A DNA stretch of 64,000 nucleotides. Source: an uncultured Candidatus Entotheonella sp. (GTDB lineage Bacteria > Tectomicrobia > Entotheonellia > Entotheonellales > Entotheonellaceae). The position numbers and the translations under genes were made by a program. The notes under the pieces were generated by a model. It saw only the letters and a list, made by a program, of their open reading frames with translations, searched no databases and was not told the DNA's origin. Position 1 is the stretch's first letter. Every line of letters starts with the position of its first letter. This document shows positions 1 to 10,595 of this stretch, piece after piece. Location of the stretch: positions 1,248,001-1,312,000 of the forward strand of contig OZ244252.1 in assembly GCA_965217185.1 (NCBI GenBank), written 5' to 3'.

Positions 1-442
1 GCCGCTCGTTGATTCTCTGCTTCTGCCCTGGTGTCGGCATGGACGAGCCGTCTGCCCGAATGGTGGCGTAGGTCGCTGGGCTGGTGAGTTCGAGCAATTC
101 CAGGTCCTTGGAATAATCCCGCAATTCGTGCAGCAGATTGCCCGGCACGGTGACGGCATCGCCCTCGCGATAAACGAGTTCCTCATCGCGGTCGGCGTAG
201 TAAAAACTCACCCACCCCTTGAGCACCAGGGCGAATTGCATATCGACGACGTGCCGGTGCAGTCCGTTGCGTCCGCCGTTCAGGTGCTTGGCCTTGATCA
301 CATGGGCGTGAAAATCGCCGCCGGTTGCGTCGGCGAGGCCGAGGTCGCGGTAAACGAATTCCTCCCGTAAGCCGTCCGTTTCGTACTCGGCGCCGTCGGC
401 GCGACTGACTACCAACTGATAGTTCCTGCTTTCCTGCGACAT
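1..442 (-). CDS. Cupin-domain protein, runs off the window edge
   Basis: Not in the ORF track; hand translation from ATG at 442 (GGAGG RBS upstream) gives MSQESRNYQLVVSRADGAEYETDGLREEFVYRDLG...LHRHVVDMQFALVLKGWV...GDAVTVPGNLLHE, with both cupin motifs. Confidence 0.8.
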   Translation of the reverse strand, partial: MSQESRNYQLVVSRADGAEYETDGLREEFVYRDLGLADATGGDFHAHVIKAKHLNGGRNGLHRHVVDMQFALVLKGWVSFYYADRDEELVYREGDAVTVPGNLLHELRDYSKDLELLELTSPATYATIRADGSSMPTPGQKQRINER

Positions 443-460
443 GATGCCCTCCTTGCGAAC

Positions 461-1351
461 TCAATCGATGATCTTGTTCAGCGGGTATTCGACGATGCCG
501 CTCGCCCCCACGTCCTTGAGGCGCGGGATGAGATCGCGCACCACCGACTCATCAATCACCGTGTTGACCGCCACCCAGTCGCCGTTGGCCAGCGACGAGA
601 TGGTCGGCTTCTGCAACGCCGGCAACGCCTTGAGTACGTCGCCGAGATGCGTTTCGGGCACGTTCATCATCAGCCCCACTTTGCCCTCGGCGGCAATGGC
701 GCCGCGCAGCATGAGGGTGATGTTCTCGATCTTCTTGCGCTTCCAGCCATCCTCCCAGGCCGCGGTGTTGGCGATCAGGCGTGGCGTGCTTTCGAGAATG
801 GTGTCGACAATACGCAAGTTGTTGGCGCGCAGTGAACTGCCAGTCTCGGTGACCTCGACGATAGCGTCGGCGAGTTGCGGCGGCTTAACCTCGGTAGCAC
901 CCCAGGAAAATTCCACGTGCGCCTGCACCCCGTGGCTCTTCAAGTAATCCGTGGTCAGGTTGACCGCCTCCGTGGCGATGTGCTTGCCCTGCAGGTCGCG
1001 CGGGCCCTGGATGGGCGAATCCTGCGGCACGGCGAGCACCCAGCGCACCGGACGACGACTGACTTTGGAAAACACCAACTCGGCCACCTCGACGACCTTG
1101 GCGCGATTCTCGACGATCCAATCGTGGCCCGTCAGGCCAGCGTCCATCACCCCGTCTTCCACGTAGCGGGCGATTTCCTGGGCGCGGATGAGGATGCAGG
1201 TGATTTCCGGATCGTCAATGGCGGGGTAATACGACCGGGAGGGAAAGTTGATCTGATAACCAGCCTTGCGGAACAGCCCGGCGGTGGCCTCCTGCAAGCT
1301 GCCGGCCGGGATGCCTAGCTTCAATACCTGGGGTTGCGTCATGTCGGCCAT
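461..1351 (-). CDS. hisG: ATP phosphoribosyltransferase, long form
   Basis: [47 protein letters not shown] and C-terminal regulatory domain. Confidence 0.97.
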   Translation of the reverse strand: MADMTQPQVLKLGIPAGSLQEATAGLFRKAGYQINFPSRSYYPAIDDPEITCILIRAQEIARYVEDGVMDAGLTGHDWIVENRAKVVEVAELVFSKVSRRPVRWVLAVPQDSPIQGPRDLQGKHIATEAVNLTTDYLKSHGVQAHVEFSWGATEVKPPQLADAIVEVTETGSSLRANNLRIVDTILESTPRLIANTAAWEDGWKRKKIENITLMLRGAIAAEGKVGLMMNVPETHLGDVLKALPALQKPTISSLANGDWVAVNTVIDESVVRDLIPRLKDVGASGIVEYPLNKIID

Positions 1352-1747
1352 CTATGCGTTGGTGTTGTAGACCTCGCGGGGATCGAAGACGCGCTGCGCG
1401 ACGATCTGTAATTTGTCGTCTGCCACGCGGCGGAAGAAACAACTTGGGTAGCCCTCGTGACAGGCCGCGTCGCCGACCTGCCGGACCTTGAGAAGCAGGG
1501 TGTCGGCATCGCAATCCACGTAAACACCCCGTACTTCCTGCACGTTGCCGCTCTCCTCCCCTTTGCGCCAGAGACGATTGCGGCTGCGGGAGAAATAGCA
1601 CGCACGGCCCGTGCGCAGGGTCTCGGCGAAGGCTTCGTGGTTCATGTAGGCCATCATCAGCACCTCGCCGGTGGCCTCGTCCTGCGTGATGACCGGCACC
1701 ATCCCACCAGCCTTGTCGAAATCGATAACCTGCTCCCAATCGGACAA
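1352..1747 (-). CDS. hisI: Phosphoribosyl-AMP cyclohydrolase
   Basis: [39 protein letters not shown] motifs. Confidence 0.97.
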   Translation of the reverse strand: MSDWEQVIDFDKAGGMVPVITQDEATGEVLMMAYMNHEAFAETLRTGRACYFSRSRNRLWRKGEESGNVQEVRGVYVDCDADTLLLKVRQVGDAACHEGYPSCFFRRVADDKLQIVAQRVFDPREVYNTNA

Positions 1748-1870
1748 TGCTTACCCTCCTTATTTACCGTAGCCACGAGGCCCGAAGTCTACCACAGGTG
1801 CAGCGGCGCCTGCTATGATGGGCCGTATTCATTCTGGCCTTAAACCCGCCCTGTCAGGAGATACCGACTT

Positions 1871-2557
1871 ATGGTTGAGAGCCCGTTCCGCGACATCAAG
1901 GTGTGTGTGTTCGACGCCTATGGCACCTTGTTCGATTTCAACTCGGCGGCCGATCGCTGTCGTGACGCCCTCGGCCACAAGACCGATGAGTTGTCGGCCC
2001 TGTGGCGCAGCAAGCAATTGCAATACACTTGGCTGCGGGGCTTGATGGGCAAGCACAAGCCGTTCCGGGAGGTGACGGGCGACGCGCTCGATTTCTCTCT
2101 GCAAACGCTCGGGGTGGACGACCCGGCGCTACGCAATCGACTGATGGAGCTATATGACCGCATTGAAGCCTTTCCCGAGGTGCCGGGCGTGCTGCGAACC
2201 CTGAAGCAGGCGGGCATCGCCACAGCCATCCTATCCAACGGTTCGCCGGACATGCTGGAGGCGGCAGTTCGGCACACGGGAATTGGAGACGATTTGGATG
2301 CGGTGTTATCCGTCGAGGCGGCGGGAGTTTACAAGCCGCATCCATCGGTGTACGAGTTGGCCGCGCGGGAATTCGGCGTACCGCTGTCGGAGATCAGCTT
2401 TCAGTCGTCGAATGCCTGGGACGCGGTGGCGGCGGCGACCTTCGGCATGCGGGTGGTGTGGTGCAACCGCTACGGGCAGCAACGCGAGCGGCTGACGGCG
2501 CAGCCGGATGTGGAAGTCGCCACTTTGAGTGCGCTGCCGGAGATTCTCGGTCTCTAG
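1871..2557 (+). CDS. (S)-2-haloacid dehalogenase, type II HAD
   Basis: FDAYGTLFD, WRSKQLQYTW, LSNG, YKPHP, SSNAWD motifs. Confidence 0.93.
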   Translation: MVESPFRDIKVCVFDAYGTLFDFNSAADRCRDALGHKTDELSALWRSKQLQYTWLRGLMGKHKPFREVTGDALDFSLQTLGVDDPALRNRLMELYDRIEAFPEVPGVLRTLKQAGIATAILSNGSPDMLEAAVRHTGIGDDLDAVLSVEAAGVYKPHPSVYELAAREFGVPLSEISFQSSNAWDAVAAATFGMRVVWCNRYGQQRERLTAQPDVEVATLSALPEILGL

Positions 2558-2567
2558 GCCGGGACTT

Positions 2568-3086
2568 TCACGGGCCGGAGGGGTTCAAGAGGTTTCTGAC
2601 GGTCTCGTAGTCGCGCCGTGCCTCCTCGCGCCGACCCAAGGCCCACAGGGCAGTGGCGCGATGGTTATAGGCATACCAGTAGTTCGGGTCGAGGTCGATG
2701 GCACGGTTGAAACATCGAATGGCTTCTTCAAATGTGCTTTGATCGGATAACACGAGACCGAGGTTGTTGTATGCGTCGCGGTAGTCGATGTCCAGCACCA
2801 GGGCTTGCCGGTAGTCCGCAATGGCGCGTTGCGGGTCCTTGAGGTTGCGGTAGGCGATGCCGCGGTTGTTGTAAGCCACTGCATCGGGCTGCAGGTCGAT
2901 AGCCCGGCTATAGTCGTCGATGGCCGCCTGATAGTCGCCGTGATCCAGGTAAGCGTTGCCGCGCAGGAAATGGGCACGATGGTCGTCCGGCTCCTCACGC
3001 AACTGCGCTGTGAGGTGTTGGATGATCTGCACGTGGTAGTCCCGGTCGCTCATATGACTCAGGTGCGGCCCATGCCTGTACTCCAC
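2568..3086 (-). CDS. Tetratricopeptide repeat protein
   Basis: About four TPR units (AYNNRGIAY, AYNNLG, AYNHR). Confidence 0.9.
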   Translation of the reverse strand: MEYRHGPHLSHMSDRDYHVQIIQHLTAQLREEPDDHRAHFLRGNAYLDHGDYQAAIDDYSRAIDLQPDAVAYNNRGIAYRNLKDPQRAIADYRQALVLDIDYRDAYNNLGLVLSDQSTFEEAIRCFNRAIDLDPNYWYAYNHRATALWALGRREEARRDYETVRNLLNPSGP

Positions 3087-3274
3087 TGGACGCTCCTCGA
3101 TAGCTGATTGTGTGTGGATGATGACCCGCGAGTGGGTTAAAGCTGCATGCTACTGCAAGGCAGCCGATTGTAAACCCCCTGTCCCGCCCGTTTCGTGCTA
3201 CACTTGACGCGCTTACCTAAGTAGGGGCTCAAACGGAAATAGGTTCAAGCATTTAAGCTCGAGGAAGCCGCCTC

Positions 3275-4432
3275 ATGTTCAGACGCCAAAAACTGACCGA
3301 AGCGCAAGTGCATGACATCTTGAAGACCGTTACGTATCCCGGTTACAGCCGCGACATCGTCTCCTTTGGAATGGTCAAGAATATCAGCATCGAAGGCAAA
3401 AGCGTCGGTGTGCTTATCAGGCTGACGGAACATCAACCTCAGATTGCCGAACAAGTTCGCCAATCCATTTCTGCCGCCCTGCGCAGCCTGCCAGGCGTGG
3501 GAAACTTGCAGGTCGACCTGGAGATGCCGCCGGCCCCCGCCCCCCAAGCGGAGCATGGGTCTCATGGGGACGACCACCATGGCGACGGTCATAATCACGG
3601 CCGCCAAGCGCCGCCGTTTCCCACGAACGAGGCGCAGCCATTGCCGGGTGTGCACAGCATCGTTGCCGTGGCGAGCGGCAAGGGTGGCGTGGGCAAGAGC
3701 ACGGTCGCTACCAATCTGGCCGTGGCGTTTGGCTTGGTGGGATTGCGTACCGGCCTGCTGGACGCCGACATTTACGGGCCGAACATACCGCTGCTGATGG
3801 GTGTGGATGAAAAGCCGGAGGTTACAGGCGACAACCGCATCGTGCCGTTTCTCAACCATGGCGTCAAAATGCAGTCCCTCGGTTTTTTCTTGAGTGACAA
3901 TACGCCGGTCATCTGGCGCGGTCCCATGGTGATGAAGGCCGTGCAGCAGCTTTTGCAGGATACCGACTGGGGAGAACTGGACGTTCTCGTCATCGACCTG
4001 CCGCCCGGCACCGGAGACGTGCAATTAACGCTGGTGCAGACGGTGCCGCTCACCGGTGCGGTCCTCGTCACCACGCCGCAGAACTTGGCGCTACTGGATG
4101 TTCAGAAAGGCGCCGAGATGTTCAAGCACGTCAACGCACCTCTGCTGGGCATTGTCGAGAATATGAGCTTCCATCAGTGTCCTGATTGCGGCAAAGAGAC
4201 GGAGATTTTCCGTCGCGGTGGGGGACAAAAGGAGAGTGAGCGTCTGGGGATTCCGCTGCTCGGGCGCATTCCGCTCGAATCAGCCGTGTGCGACGCTGGC
4301 GATGCTGGGGTGCCCGTGGTGATCGGACAACCCGAAAGCCGTGCCGGGCAGGAGTTTCGGCAAATCGCCGCCGCGGTCGTGGACGTGTTGACGAACAAAC
4401 CGCAGCGGCCGGCCGTCAAAATTATCAACTAA
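3275..4432 (+). CDS. mrp: Mrp/NBP35 (ApbC) Fe-S cluster carrier ATPase with N-terminal DUF59-like domain and His-rich linker
   Basis: ASGKGGVGKST, DADIYGP, WRGPM, DLPPGTGD, ENMS-x3-CPDC. Confidence 0.95.
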   Translation: MFRRQKLTEAQVHDILKTVTYPGYSRDIVSFGMVKNISIEGKSVGVLIRLTEHQPQIAEQVRQSISAALRSLPGVGNLQVDLEMPPAPAPQAEHGSHGDDHHGDGHNHGRQAPPFPTNEAQPLPGVHSIVAVASGKGGVGKSTVATNLAVAFGLVGLRTGLLDADIYGPNIPLLMGVDEKPEVTGDNRIVPFLNHGVKMQSLGFFLSDNTPVIWRGPMVMKAVQQLLQDTDWGELDVLVIDLPPGTGDVQLTLVQTVPLTGAVLVTTPQNLALLDVQKGAEMFKHVNAPLLGIVENMSFHQCPDCGKETEIFRRGGGQKESERLGIPLLGRIPLESAVCDAGDAGVPVVIGQPESRAGQEFRQIAAAVVDVLTNKPQRPAVKIIN

Positions 4433-4488
4433 GGGCCGTCTGCCCTGTAGACCCAGCTTACCTGAGCCCGGGGTAACAGGGCGGATTT

Positions 4489-6045
4489 TTAATTTTCCAC
4501 GAAATTACGAAGATGGTCACTGCGGGTGGGATGTTTCAACTTACGCAGTGCCTGAGCTTCGATCTGCCGTATGCGTTCACGCGAGACGCCAAACATCTGC
4601 CCCACTTCTTCCAGCGTGTGCGGTGTTTCCTCACCCAGCCCGAAGCGCATCCGCAAAATGCGTTCCTCCTTCGGGCTCAGCGTGTTCAGCATCTTGTGAA
4701 TTTTATCCTGCAAATCGTGGTTGATGACCGCCTCAAGAGGTGAAGGCGAGTTCTTGTCCTCGATCAACGAGCCTAGTTCGGTATCCCCGTCGCCGATGTG
4801 ATTCTCCAGCGAGATCGTGCGTTTGGCTACCTTCAGGCTGCTCTTGACCTTTTCGACCTGCAGGCCGGTATCCTGGGCAATTTCCTCGGGCATCGGCTTG
4901 CGGCCCAGTGCGACGGTCAGGGCCTGCGTTGAGCGCATGACCTTGTTGAGCATCTCGATCATGTGAACGGGGATGCGAATCGTCTTGCCCTGCTCGGCAA
5001 TCGCCCGTGTGATCGCCTGGCGAATCCACCAGCTTGCGTAGGTGCTGAATTTGAAACCGCGGTGATAATCGAACTTGTCCACCGCCCTCATTAAGCCAAT
5101 GTTGCCCTCTTGGATGAGGTCAAGGAACGACAAACCTCGATTGATGTATTTCTTGGCAATGCTGACCACCAAGCGCAGGTTCGCCTCCACCATTCCCCGT
5201 TTGGCCTGTTTGAGACGTTCCTCAATAGGGTCCAGTTCTTCGACGAAATGATGCAGAACATCGTATTCTGCCAGTGATTCGGACGTCTCATCAGTAGTCT
5301 GACGCGCGTCAAGCGTGTTTTGCCTGACAGTGCTCAACGCTTGGTAGTGTTGCTTGGCATCTTCCACTGCCTCCCGCAGCAGTGAAGTCTTGAAGTGCAG
5401 GCTTTGCAAGCGCTGCAGAGCCTCCTCGGTTGCTACCGGAGCAGCCACTTCGAACACCGCCGTTGCCGGGGCAGACGCCTCCACCGGCTCGCAGGAGTCA
5501 CATGACGCCAAGGCCGCGCGTACTTCTTCCAGGTGGTTGCTGGCGGCATACTCCATGTCGTCAGGAAATTCGCAGACGTCCTCCAGGGCCAACTCACCGT
5601 CTTGCAGACGGGTCAGGAGCTTATTGGCGATGAATGGCGTGCCGAGGGCGTGTAACAGCCGATCCTTTTCGGCCTGCTCGATGCGCTTGGCGATTTCCAC
5701 CTCGCCCTTGCGGTCAAGCAGCGGCACCGTGCGAATCTCCTGAAAATAAACCAGCACGGGCTCGTCGGTTCGCTCCTCATAGTTTGGCTCAGGCCCGGAG
5801 GGCTGCTCGCTCGCCGGAGGCCCGGCGTTGTTGCTCACCGGCTCGTCGATGGCATAGCTTTCCGGTACGGTGGTCTCGGTGTCGAGGTCTTTATGCTCGA
5901 ATAAGGCGAACAGGTCTTCCGCCTCGTCCGTATCCTCAGGCGTGTCTGATATTTCCAGGTCCACCATGGGCAGGTCTGCCGGTAATGGACTGTCCTGGAA
6001 CTCAGGCGCCGTCTTCACCTTTGCAGTCCTTGAACGTTGCTTCAT
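4489..6045 (-). CDS. rpoD: RpoD-family sigma-70 factor
   Basis: Region 1.2 ([12 protein letters not shown]), region 2 ([37 protein letters not shown]), region 4.2 (TLEEVG...RERIRQIE). Confidence 0.88.
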   Translation of the reverse strand: MKQRSRTAKVKTAPEFQDSPLPADLPMVDLEISDTPEDTDEAEDLFALFEHKDLDTETTVPESYAIDEPVSNNAGPPASEQPSGPEPNYEERTDEPVLVYFQEIRTVPLLDRKGEVEIAKRIEQAEKDRLLHALGTPFIANKLLTRLQDGELALEDVCEFPDDMEYAASNHLEEVRAALASCDSCEPVEASAPATAVFEVAAPVATEEALQRLQSLHFKTSLLREAVEDAKQHYQALSTVRQNTLDARQTTDETSESLAEYDVLHHFVEELDPIEERLKQAKRGMVEANLRLVVSIAKKYINRGLSFLDLIQEGNIGLMRAVDKFDYHRGFKFSTYASWWIRQAITRAIAEQGKTIRIPVHMIEMLNKVMRSTQALTVALGRKPMPEEIAQDTGLQVEKVKSSLKVAKRTISLENHIGDGDTELGSLIEDKNSPSPLEAVINHDLQDKIHKMLNTLSPKEERILRMRFGLGEETPHTLEEVGQMFGVSRERIRQIEAQALRKLKHPTRSDHLRNFVEN

Positions 6046-6436
6046 CGGGCACTCCGTTGTTCACCAAGTCGTGGAACTTGGCCATTATTTGACTTGCAGC
6101 TTGCCGCTGCGCACAAAACCGAAAGACATACGGGGACAACAGCTTTACAACCCTGCCGAATTCCGCTAGATTCGACTCACGAAGGAAACAAATAGCCCCT
6201 TCTTTCCTTTCCCTCCGCCTGCAAAAATCTGGCTGTAAAGGCCTGTGATATGTTGAGGCTTACTGCTGATACGGTTGGATTTGTATTGTGATGAAAACTT
6301 GCGGTAGGAATACAGCGGTAATATATATCCGAAGCTGTTTTTTGTCAACGTCCGGCCTACACAGATATCGCGTGGGACACGATTGGCGTCCTCTCACCGA
6401 CTTTTGCCCGTTTACCAGAAAGAATTTGGAGAAGTC

Positions 6437-7636
6437 ATGGCCGGTCCCTTGGAAGGACTGAAGGTCCTCGAACTCATCCGCGTGCCCCCTGGCGCCTTTT
6501 GCACCATGATGCTCGCCGACATGGGCGCTGAAGTGGTGAAGATCGAAACGCCGGTGGGGGCGACTCCGAAGCAGATGGCACAAGCGGAACGGCGAGCGGC
6601 TTTTCAGTTCGTCAATCGTAACAAGCGCAGCATCGCCATCAATTTGAAGCAACCAGACGGCCAGAAGTTGCTGCATCAACTCGCGGCTGACGCCGATGTG
6701 CTGGTCGAAGGCTTCCGGCCCGGCGTTATGGCGCGCCTTGGCGGCGATTACGAGACGTTGAAGCGCGTCAACCCGCGCCTTATTTACTGCTCGCTCAGCG
6801 GCTATGGGCAGGACGGTCCGTACCGCAACCAACCGGCACACGACATCAATTTCCTGTCCATCGCCGGAGTGCTCACCCTGATCGGTGAACTCGACCGGCC
6901 GCCAGCGATTCCGCTCAACCTCATCGCCGATTACGCCGGCGCTTCTCTGCACGGCGTCGCGGGCATTCTCCTCGCCTTGCTGGCGCGTCAGCGCACCGGG
7001 TGCGGGCAGCTTGTCGATGTGTCGTACCTGGACACGTCCCTTGCCCTGCTGGCGGCCACGCCGATGATGCAGACTTTCCTTTGTAACGGCACGGATAGCC
7101 GCCGCGGCACTGGCTTGCTGGGAGGGGTGTATCCGTACTACACCACCTACGAAACTGCCGACGGCAAGGCGCTGGCGGTCGGTTGCACGGATGCCGAGCA
7201 GTGGGACACCTTCTGCAAGGCGATCGGGCTGGCGGAATTGGCCGAAACCGGTCCCGACGAGGCGCAGCCGGACCGTGCGGCCGATGGCACGGCTCAAGCC
7301 GCGGAGGCAGCCGTGCAAGCGGTTCTGAGGCGAAAAACGAGGGATGAGTGGTTTGCGATTTTTCGGGACAAACAGGTGAGCGCTGCGCCGCTGAATGCGG
7401 TGGACGAGGCATTTGACGATCCGCAGGTCCTGGCTCGGCAGATGGCGGTCAACGTGGTCCACCCGCGTCACGGCTCGGTGTGCCAGGCCGGCATCGCCAT
7501 CAAGTTGTCCGACACACCGGGCAGCATTCGCGGCGCCGGGCCGGCGCTGGGCGAGCATACCGATGAAGTTTTGCGGGCGCTGGGATATGACGAAACCAGA
7601 CGGGCAGAATTGCGCCAGGCCGGCACGGTGGCCTGA
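6437..7636 (+). CDS. CaiB/BaiF family (class III) CoA-transferase
   Basis: GPLEGLKVLEL, LADMGAEVVKIE, NRNKRSI, EGFRPG, GYGQDGPY, PALGEHT; start placed at ATG 6437 after GGAG. Confidence 0.93.
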   Translation: MAGPLEGLKVLELIRVPPGAFCTMMLADMGAEVVKIETPVGATPKQMAQAERRAAFQFVNRNKRSIAINLKQPDGQKLLHQLAADADVLVEGFRPGVMARLGGDYETLKRVNPRLIYCSLSGYGQDGPYRNQPAHDINFLSIAGVLTLIGELDRPPAIPLNLIADYAGASLHGVAGILLALLARQRTGCGQLVDVSYLDTSLALLAATPMMQTFLCNGTDSRRGTGLLGGVYPYYTTYETADGKALAVGCTDAEQWDTFCKAIGLAELAETGPDEAQPDRAADGTAQAAEAAVQAVLRRKTRDEWFAIFRDKQVSAAPLNAVDEAFDDPQVLARQMAVNVVHPRHGSVCQAGIAIKLSDTPGSIRGAGPALGEHTDEVLRALGYDETRRAELRQAGTVA

Positions 7637-7665
7637 TAAACCACGAATTCGCAGGAGGAGCAAGA

Positions 7666-8016
7666 ATGAAAATTCACCGACTGTACGAGGACGAGAGCGG
7701 TATTTCGCACTTTGAGGATGTTGACATCGAATACGTAAAGACGACCCACGCGGGGCGACTGTCGCAGCGCCTGCCCGCGACGGGCATCATCTTTCGGGAA
7801 GTTCCGCCGGATTATGATCTCGACTGGCACCCGGCGCCGCGCCGCCAGTATATCATCAATCTCGACAACGGCGTGCAAATCACAGCCAGCGACGGCGAAG
7901 CCCGCACGATTGCGGCGGGCGAGGTGGTTCTCGTCGAGGACACCACGGGCAAAGGGCATCTGAGCAAGGCGATCAATGATCGCATACGCCGTTGCATTTT
8001 TGTGACGTTGGATTGA
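7666..8016 (+). CDS. Small cupin-like protein
   Basis: WHPAPRRQY and EDTTGKGH motifs; AGGAGG RBS. Confidence 0.8.
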   Translation: MKIHRLYEDESGISHFEDVDIEYVKTTHAGRLSQRLPATGIIFREVPPDYDLDWHPAPRRQYIINLDNGVQITASDGEARTIAAGEVVLVEDTTGKGHLSKAINDRIRRCIFVTLD

Positions 8017-8710
8017 AGGCACACCGCTGATTCGCTTGACGACGGTTCAACATAGCGTACCCGCCCAAGCATAACAGCAGCGCCGCTAGCACCATGAGAA
8101 CGAGTATCCTCCAGTCACTCAAATGGGCGCCGAACGTTACCGTCAAGATCGTTGCAGGGATGATGCCGATAGCCGTGGTCCAACTAAACCGCCACCAGCT
8201 AACCGTGGTCAGACCGAGGGCGAAGTTGACCAGGTTGAAGGAGAGAATCGGCAGGAGGCGCACGGCGAGCAGGATGGGTATGTCCATTTGCTGCAGCCAA
8301 TGCTGCGAGCGTTCAAGCCGGGCGGGGTTGACCAGCAGGCGCAGCACAGGCTGCCCGAAGGAGCGGGCCAGCAGGAAACCCAGGTAAGCGCCCAGCATGG
8401 CACCGATCCAAATGGTGATGAAACCCCATAGCGGACCGAGCGTCATGCCTGCCGCCAGGGCCAGGAATTCGGCCGGCACGGGCACCAGGGTGTGTAGGAT
8501 CATCAGTATGATGATGACAAGAGGCAGCCAAACAGGAGTGGAAGTAAGGAGGCGTTGCACGCCCTCGGTGCTGGGATTGGTGACCAGCGCCCAAAGCGTC
8601 TCCCGCAATGGTGCCGATAACCCGACTAGTAAGAGCAGCCCCAGTAGCCCTAACACCACGCCTAGGCGGACCGCCCGCCCGAACAGGACTGGCAGCAGCG
8701 GTTTCTGCAT
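7973..8710 (-). CDS. TVP38/TMEM64 (VTT/DedA-like) membrane protein
   Basis: Hydrophobic helices; PVPAEFLALAAG, RLLPILSFNLVNFALG. Confidence 0.88.
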   Translation of the reverse strand: MQKPLLPVLFGRAVRLGVVLGLLGLLLLVGLSAPLRETLWALVTNPSTEGVQRLLTSTPVWLPLVIIILMILHTLVPVPAEFLALAAGMTLGPLWGFITIWIGAMLGAYLGFLLARSFGQPVLRLLVNPARLERSQHWLQQMDIPILLAVRLLPILSFNLVNFALGLTTVSWWRFSWTTAIGIIPATILTVTFGAHLSDWRILVLMVLAALLLCLGGYAMLNRRQANQRCAFNPTSQKCNGVCDH

Positions 8711-8756
8711 TGTCCTGCGGCTCCTCCCTATTGCGGCATCTGCGGACCGTGAAGGG

Positions 8757-9500
8757 TCACCATACGCTCTGCGGCAAAGGCAATCCGGCGAAATCTTCAG
8801 CAGCGAGCGGTGCTTCGGGTGTTACGCCCATCTGGTCGAGCAGATCGTATAGCTGCCGCAGATGCTGCGCCGTGTGCCAAACGGTGCGCTGGAAGAATGC
8901 CGCTGCCTGTTGTGGGCCGTAATAGGTTTCTACTGTACCATCGAATGCTTTGGGCCTCCTTCGCCAATCGTGCAAACTGTTGCGCACCCTCTCTCCGTAC
9001 TGCGCAATGGCGGCCATGTCGGGCATGTCCGGCGGTGGGTGCTCCTCAAACCAGGCTTCCGGGAGATGGCCCTGCTCCATGGCGTCGCGGTACGCCTGCC
9101 CGACTCGGAACAGATGGTAAGCCAGTTGGTACACTGAGCGGTTGCGCCCCGGCGTCCGCATGTGCATGTGCTGGGCCGGAATCTGCATGATGACCCGTTG
9201 CGCGGCCTGCAAAATCGTGTTGAGGCGCGCCTGCAGTTCTGGCAGTGGCAACGCCAAGCCATCGTTATAGGTCACCCCAACCAAACCTGCCACCGCTGCC
9301 GGATTCCATCCGTGCACCGCGCGACCTCCAGCGATTACCGCAGGCACCCGCGTGATCCCATGCCCATGCAGCGTCTCCATGGCCTCCGGCTGCGCCTCGA
9401 CATCAATCGCCTCGAAATCGACCTCCCATGACGCAAGCAACTCTTCCAGAGCGCGGCAAGAGCTTCAACCCATCCGCTTGTAAAGTCTCACGGTATCCAC
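8757..9500 (-). CDS. Glutaredoxin-like (UxxC selenocysteine) domain fused to a DinB-like domain; probable selenoprotein
   Basis: ORF 8757..9440 extends in frame through TGA (9465-9467) to GTG 9500 with GGAGA RBS: MDTVRLYKRMG-U-SSCRALEELL; Grx cis-Pro motif TRVP; DinB-type His motifs (YHLF, WHTAQH). Confidence 0.8.
9436..9464 (-). promoter_or_regulatory. Candidate bacterial SECIS hairpin
   Basis: mRNA 3' of UGA reads AGCUCUUGCCGCGCUCUGGAAGAGUUGC; GCUCU/AGAGU stem with a G-led apical loop (GGA) starting 18 nt after the UGA. Confidence 0.5.
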
Positions 9501-9755
9501 AGGTATCTCCAGTTTGATTGACACTGTTGACCAACGGACAATTCTATTAAAACAAAACCATCAGAGTTAATTTCCGTACGCGAATCAAAAGGGATGCGTC
9601 TTCCAGAGGCCCAAGTGTGAGGAGAATGGCTGACTTGGTACACGGACCCTGGTGGGTGGGGGCGGGAAGCGGTCGAACCGCGACACGACGGTTAGCGGAA
9701 TTACGTAGAACAAATCTTCTTCGTGGTGCGACCCGGCCTCATACATGCACCAAGG

Positions 9756-10328
9756 CTATGCGTGTCGCCAACTACGCACGGGTCCTGTGTCAATGTGAAC
9801 GTATTTGGAGCGCGGGTAGTAACCGACGCCACCCTGCTTAAGACCCAGAGCCACACGGCGAACGGAATTGGTGCTGTATCCGGGAATGCGAATGTCCACC
9901 GCCTTGCCCTTGACGTGGAAACTGCCCTTGGCGGCCGCCGAATTACGGCGTCGGAGCCGATCATTGGTGGCCGGTGAACGGTAGCCGGACATAATGTTGA
10001 TCGTCCCCTTGGCCTCGAGTTTCCCGGCAATGTCGTGGATGAGGTTAAACAATGCGGGATCGATTTCAGTCACCTTGCCGTTATGAGGGTCCCGAAGAAA
10101 ATGGTTGAGCGCTTTTAACGCATCGGGCACGTACTCGCCTTCCACCCAATACTCCGCCTTGATGTCTTCGCCAGTCAATGCATTGTGTAATTTCAGGGAC
10201 CGATTGATGTGGTGTGACCACCCCAGGGATGGAGAGAGGCTCGTCGCAATGAACAGGGTACCTATGCGGAGGACTTGGCGGCGGCTCAACCCGCTCGTGT
10301 GCGCGGATTGGATGAGGGGACGTGTCAT
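9756..10328 (-). CDS. YcbK/DUF882 (peptidase M15, MepK-like) Tat-exported murein endopeptidase
   Basis: Twin-arginine signal SRRQVL; SGYRSPATN, SFHVKGKAVD, GVGYYPRSKYVHIDTG. Confidence 0.92.
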   Translation of the reverse strand: MTRPLIQSAHTSGLSRRQVLRIGTLFIATSLSPSLGWSHHINRSLKLHNALTGEDIKAEYWVEGEYVPDALKALNHFLRDPHNGKVTEIDPALFNLIHDIAGKLEAKGTINIMSGYRSPATNDRLRRRNSAAAKGSFHVKGKAVDIRIPGYSTNSVRRVALGLKQGGVGYYPRSKYVHIDTGPVRSWRHA

Positions 10329-10595
10329 CGGACCTCCTTGACTTCGCAGGATTTTCTGAAGGTCGCAATCATTTTGTGAAGGTTATGGGAAAGGCCTGAA
10401 ACTGATCAAAACATCCGATGATTGAAGGGGGCTAGCTTACCAGCCAAAATGGGAATGTCAAGCGCCTCTTCCAACTTGAGCCCCATCGCCGTATCCGCTA
10501 TTGTTTCCATATCGAAACAACTGGGCTGGACGGGTTGCAACGTCCATGGATTGTGCGCTCAGTCCGTTATACGCTACCACGCAAGAGGAGCCAAC

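Noticed and set aside
9650..9700. tRNA-like stretch (TGGTGGG...GGTCGAACC) on the minus strand
   Set aside because: No acceptor stem, anticodon arm or D arm can be folded.
10520..10565. Possible SAH riboswitch upstream of ahcY (GGACG-GGTTGCAA-CGTCC...GCGCTCA)
   Set aside because: Lacks the GAGGAGCG and CCAGGCTC core elements I expect for this riboswitch; only a short hairpin. An Rfam/Infernal scan would settle it.
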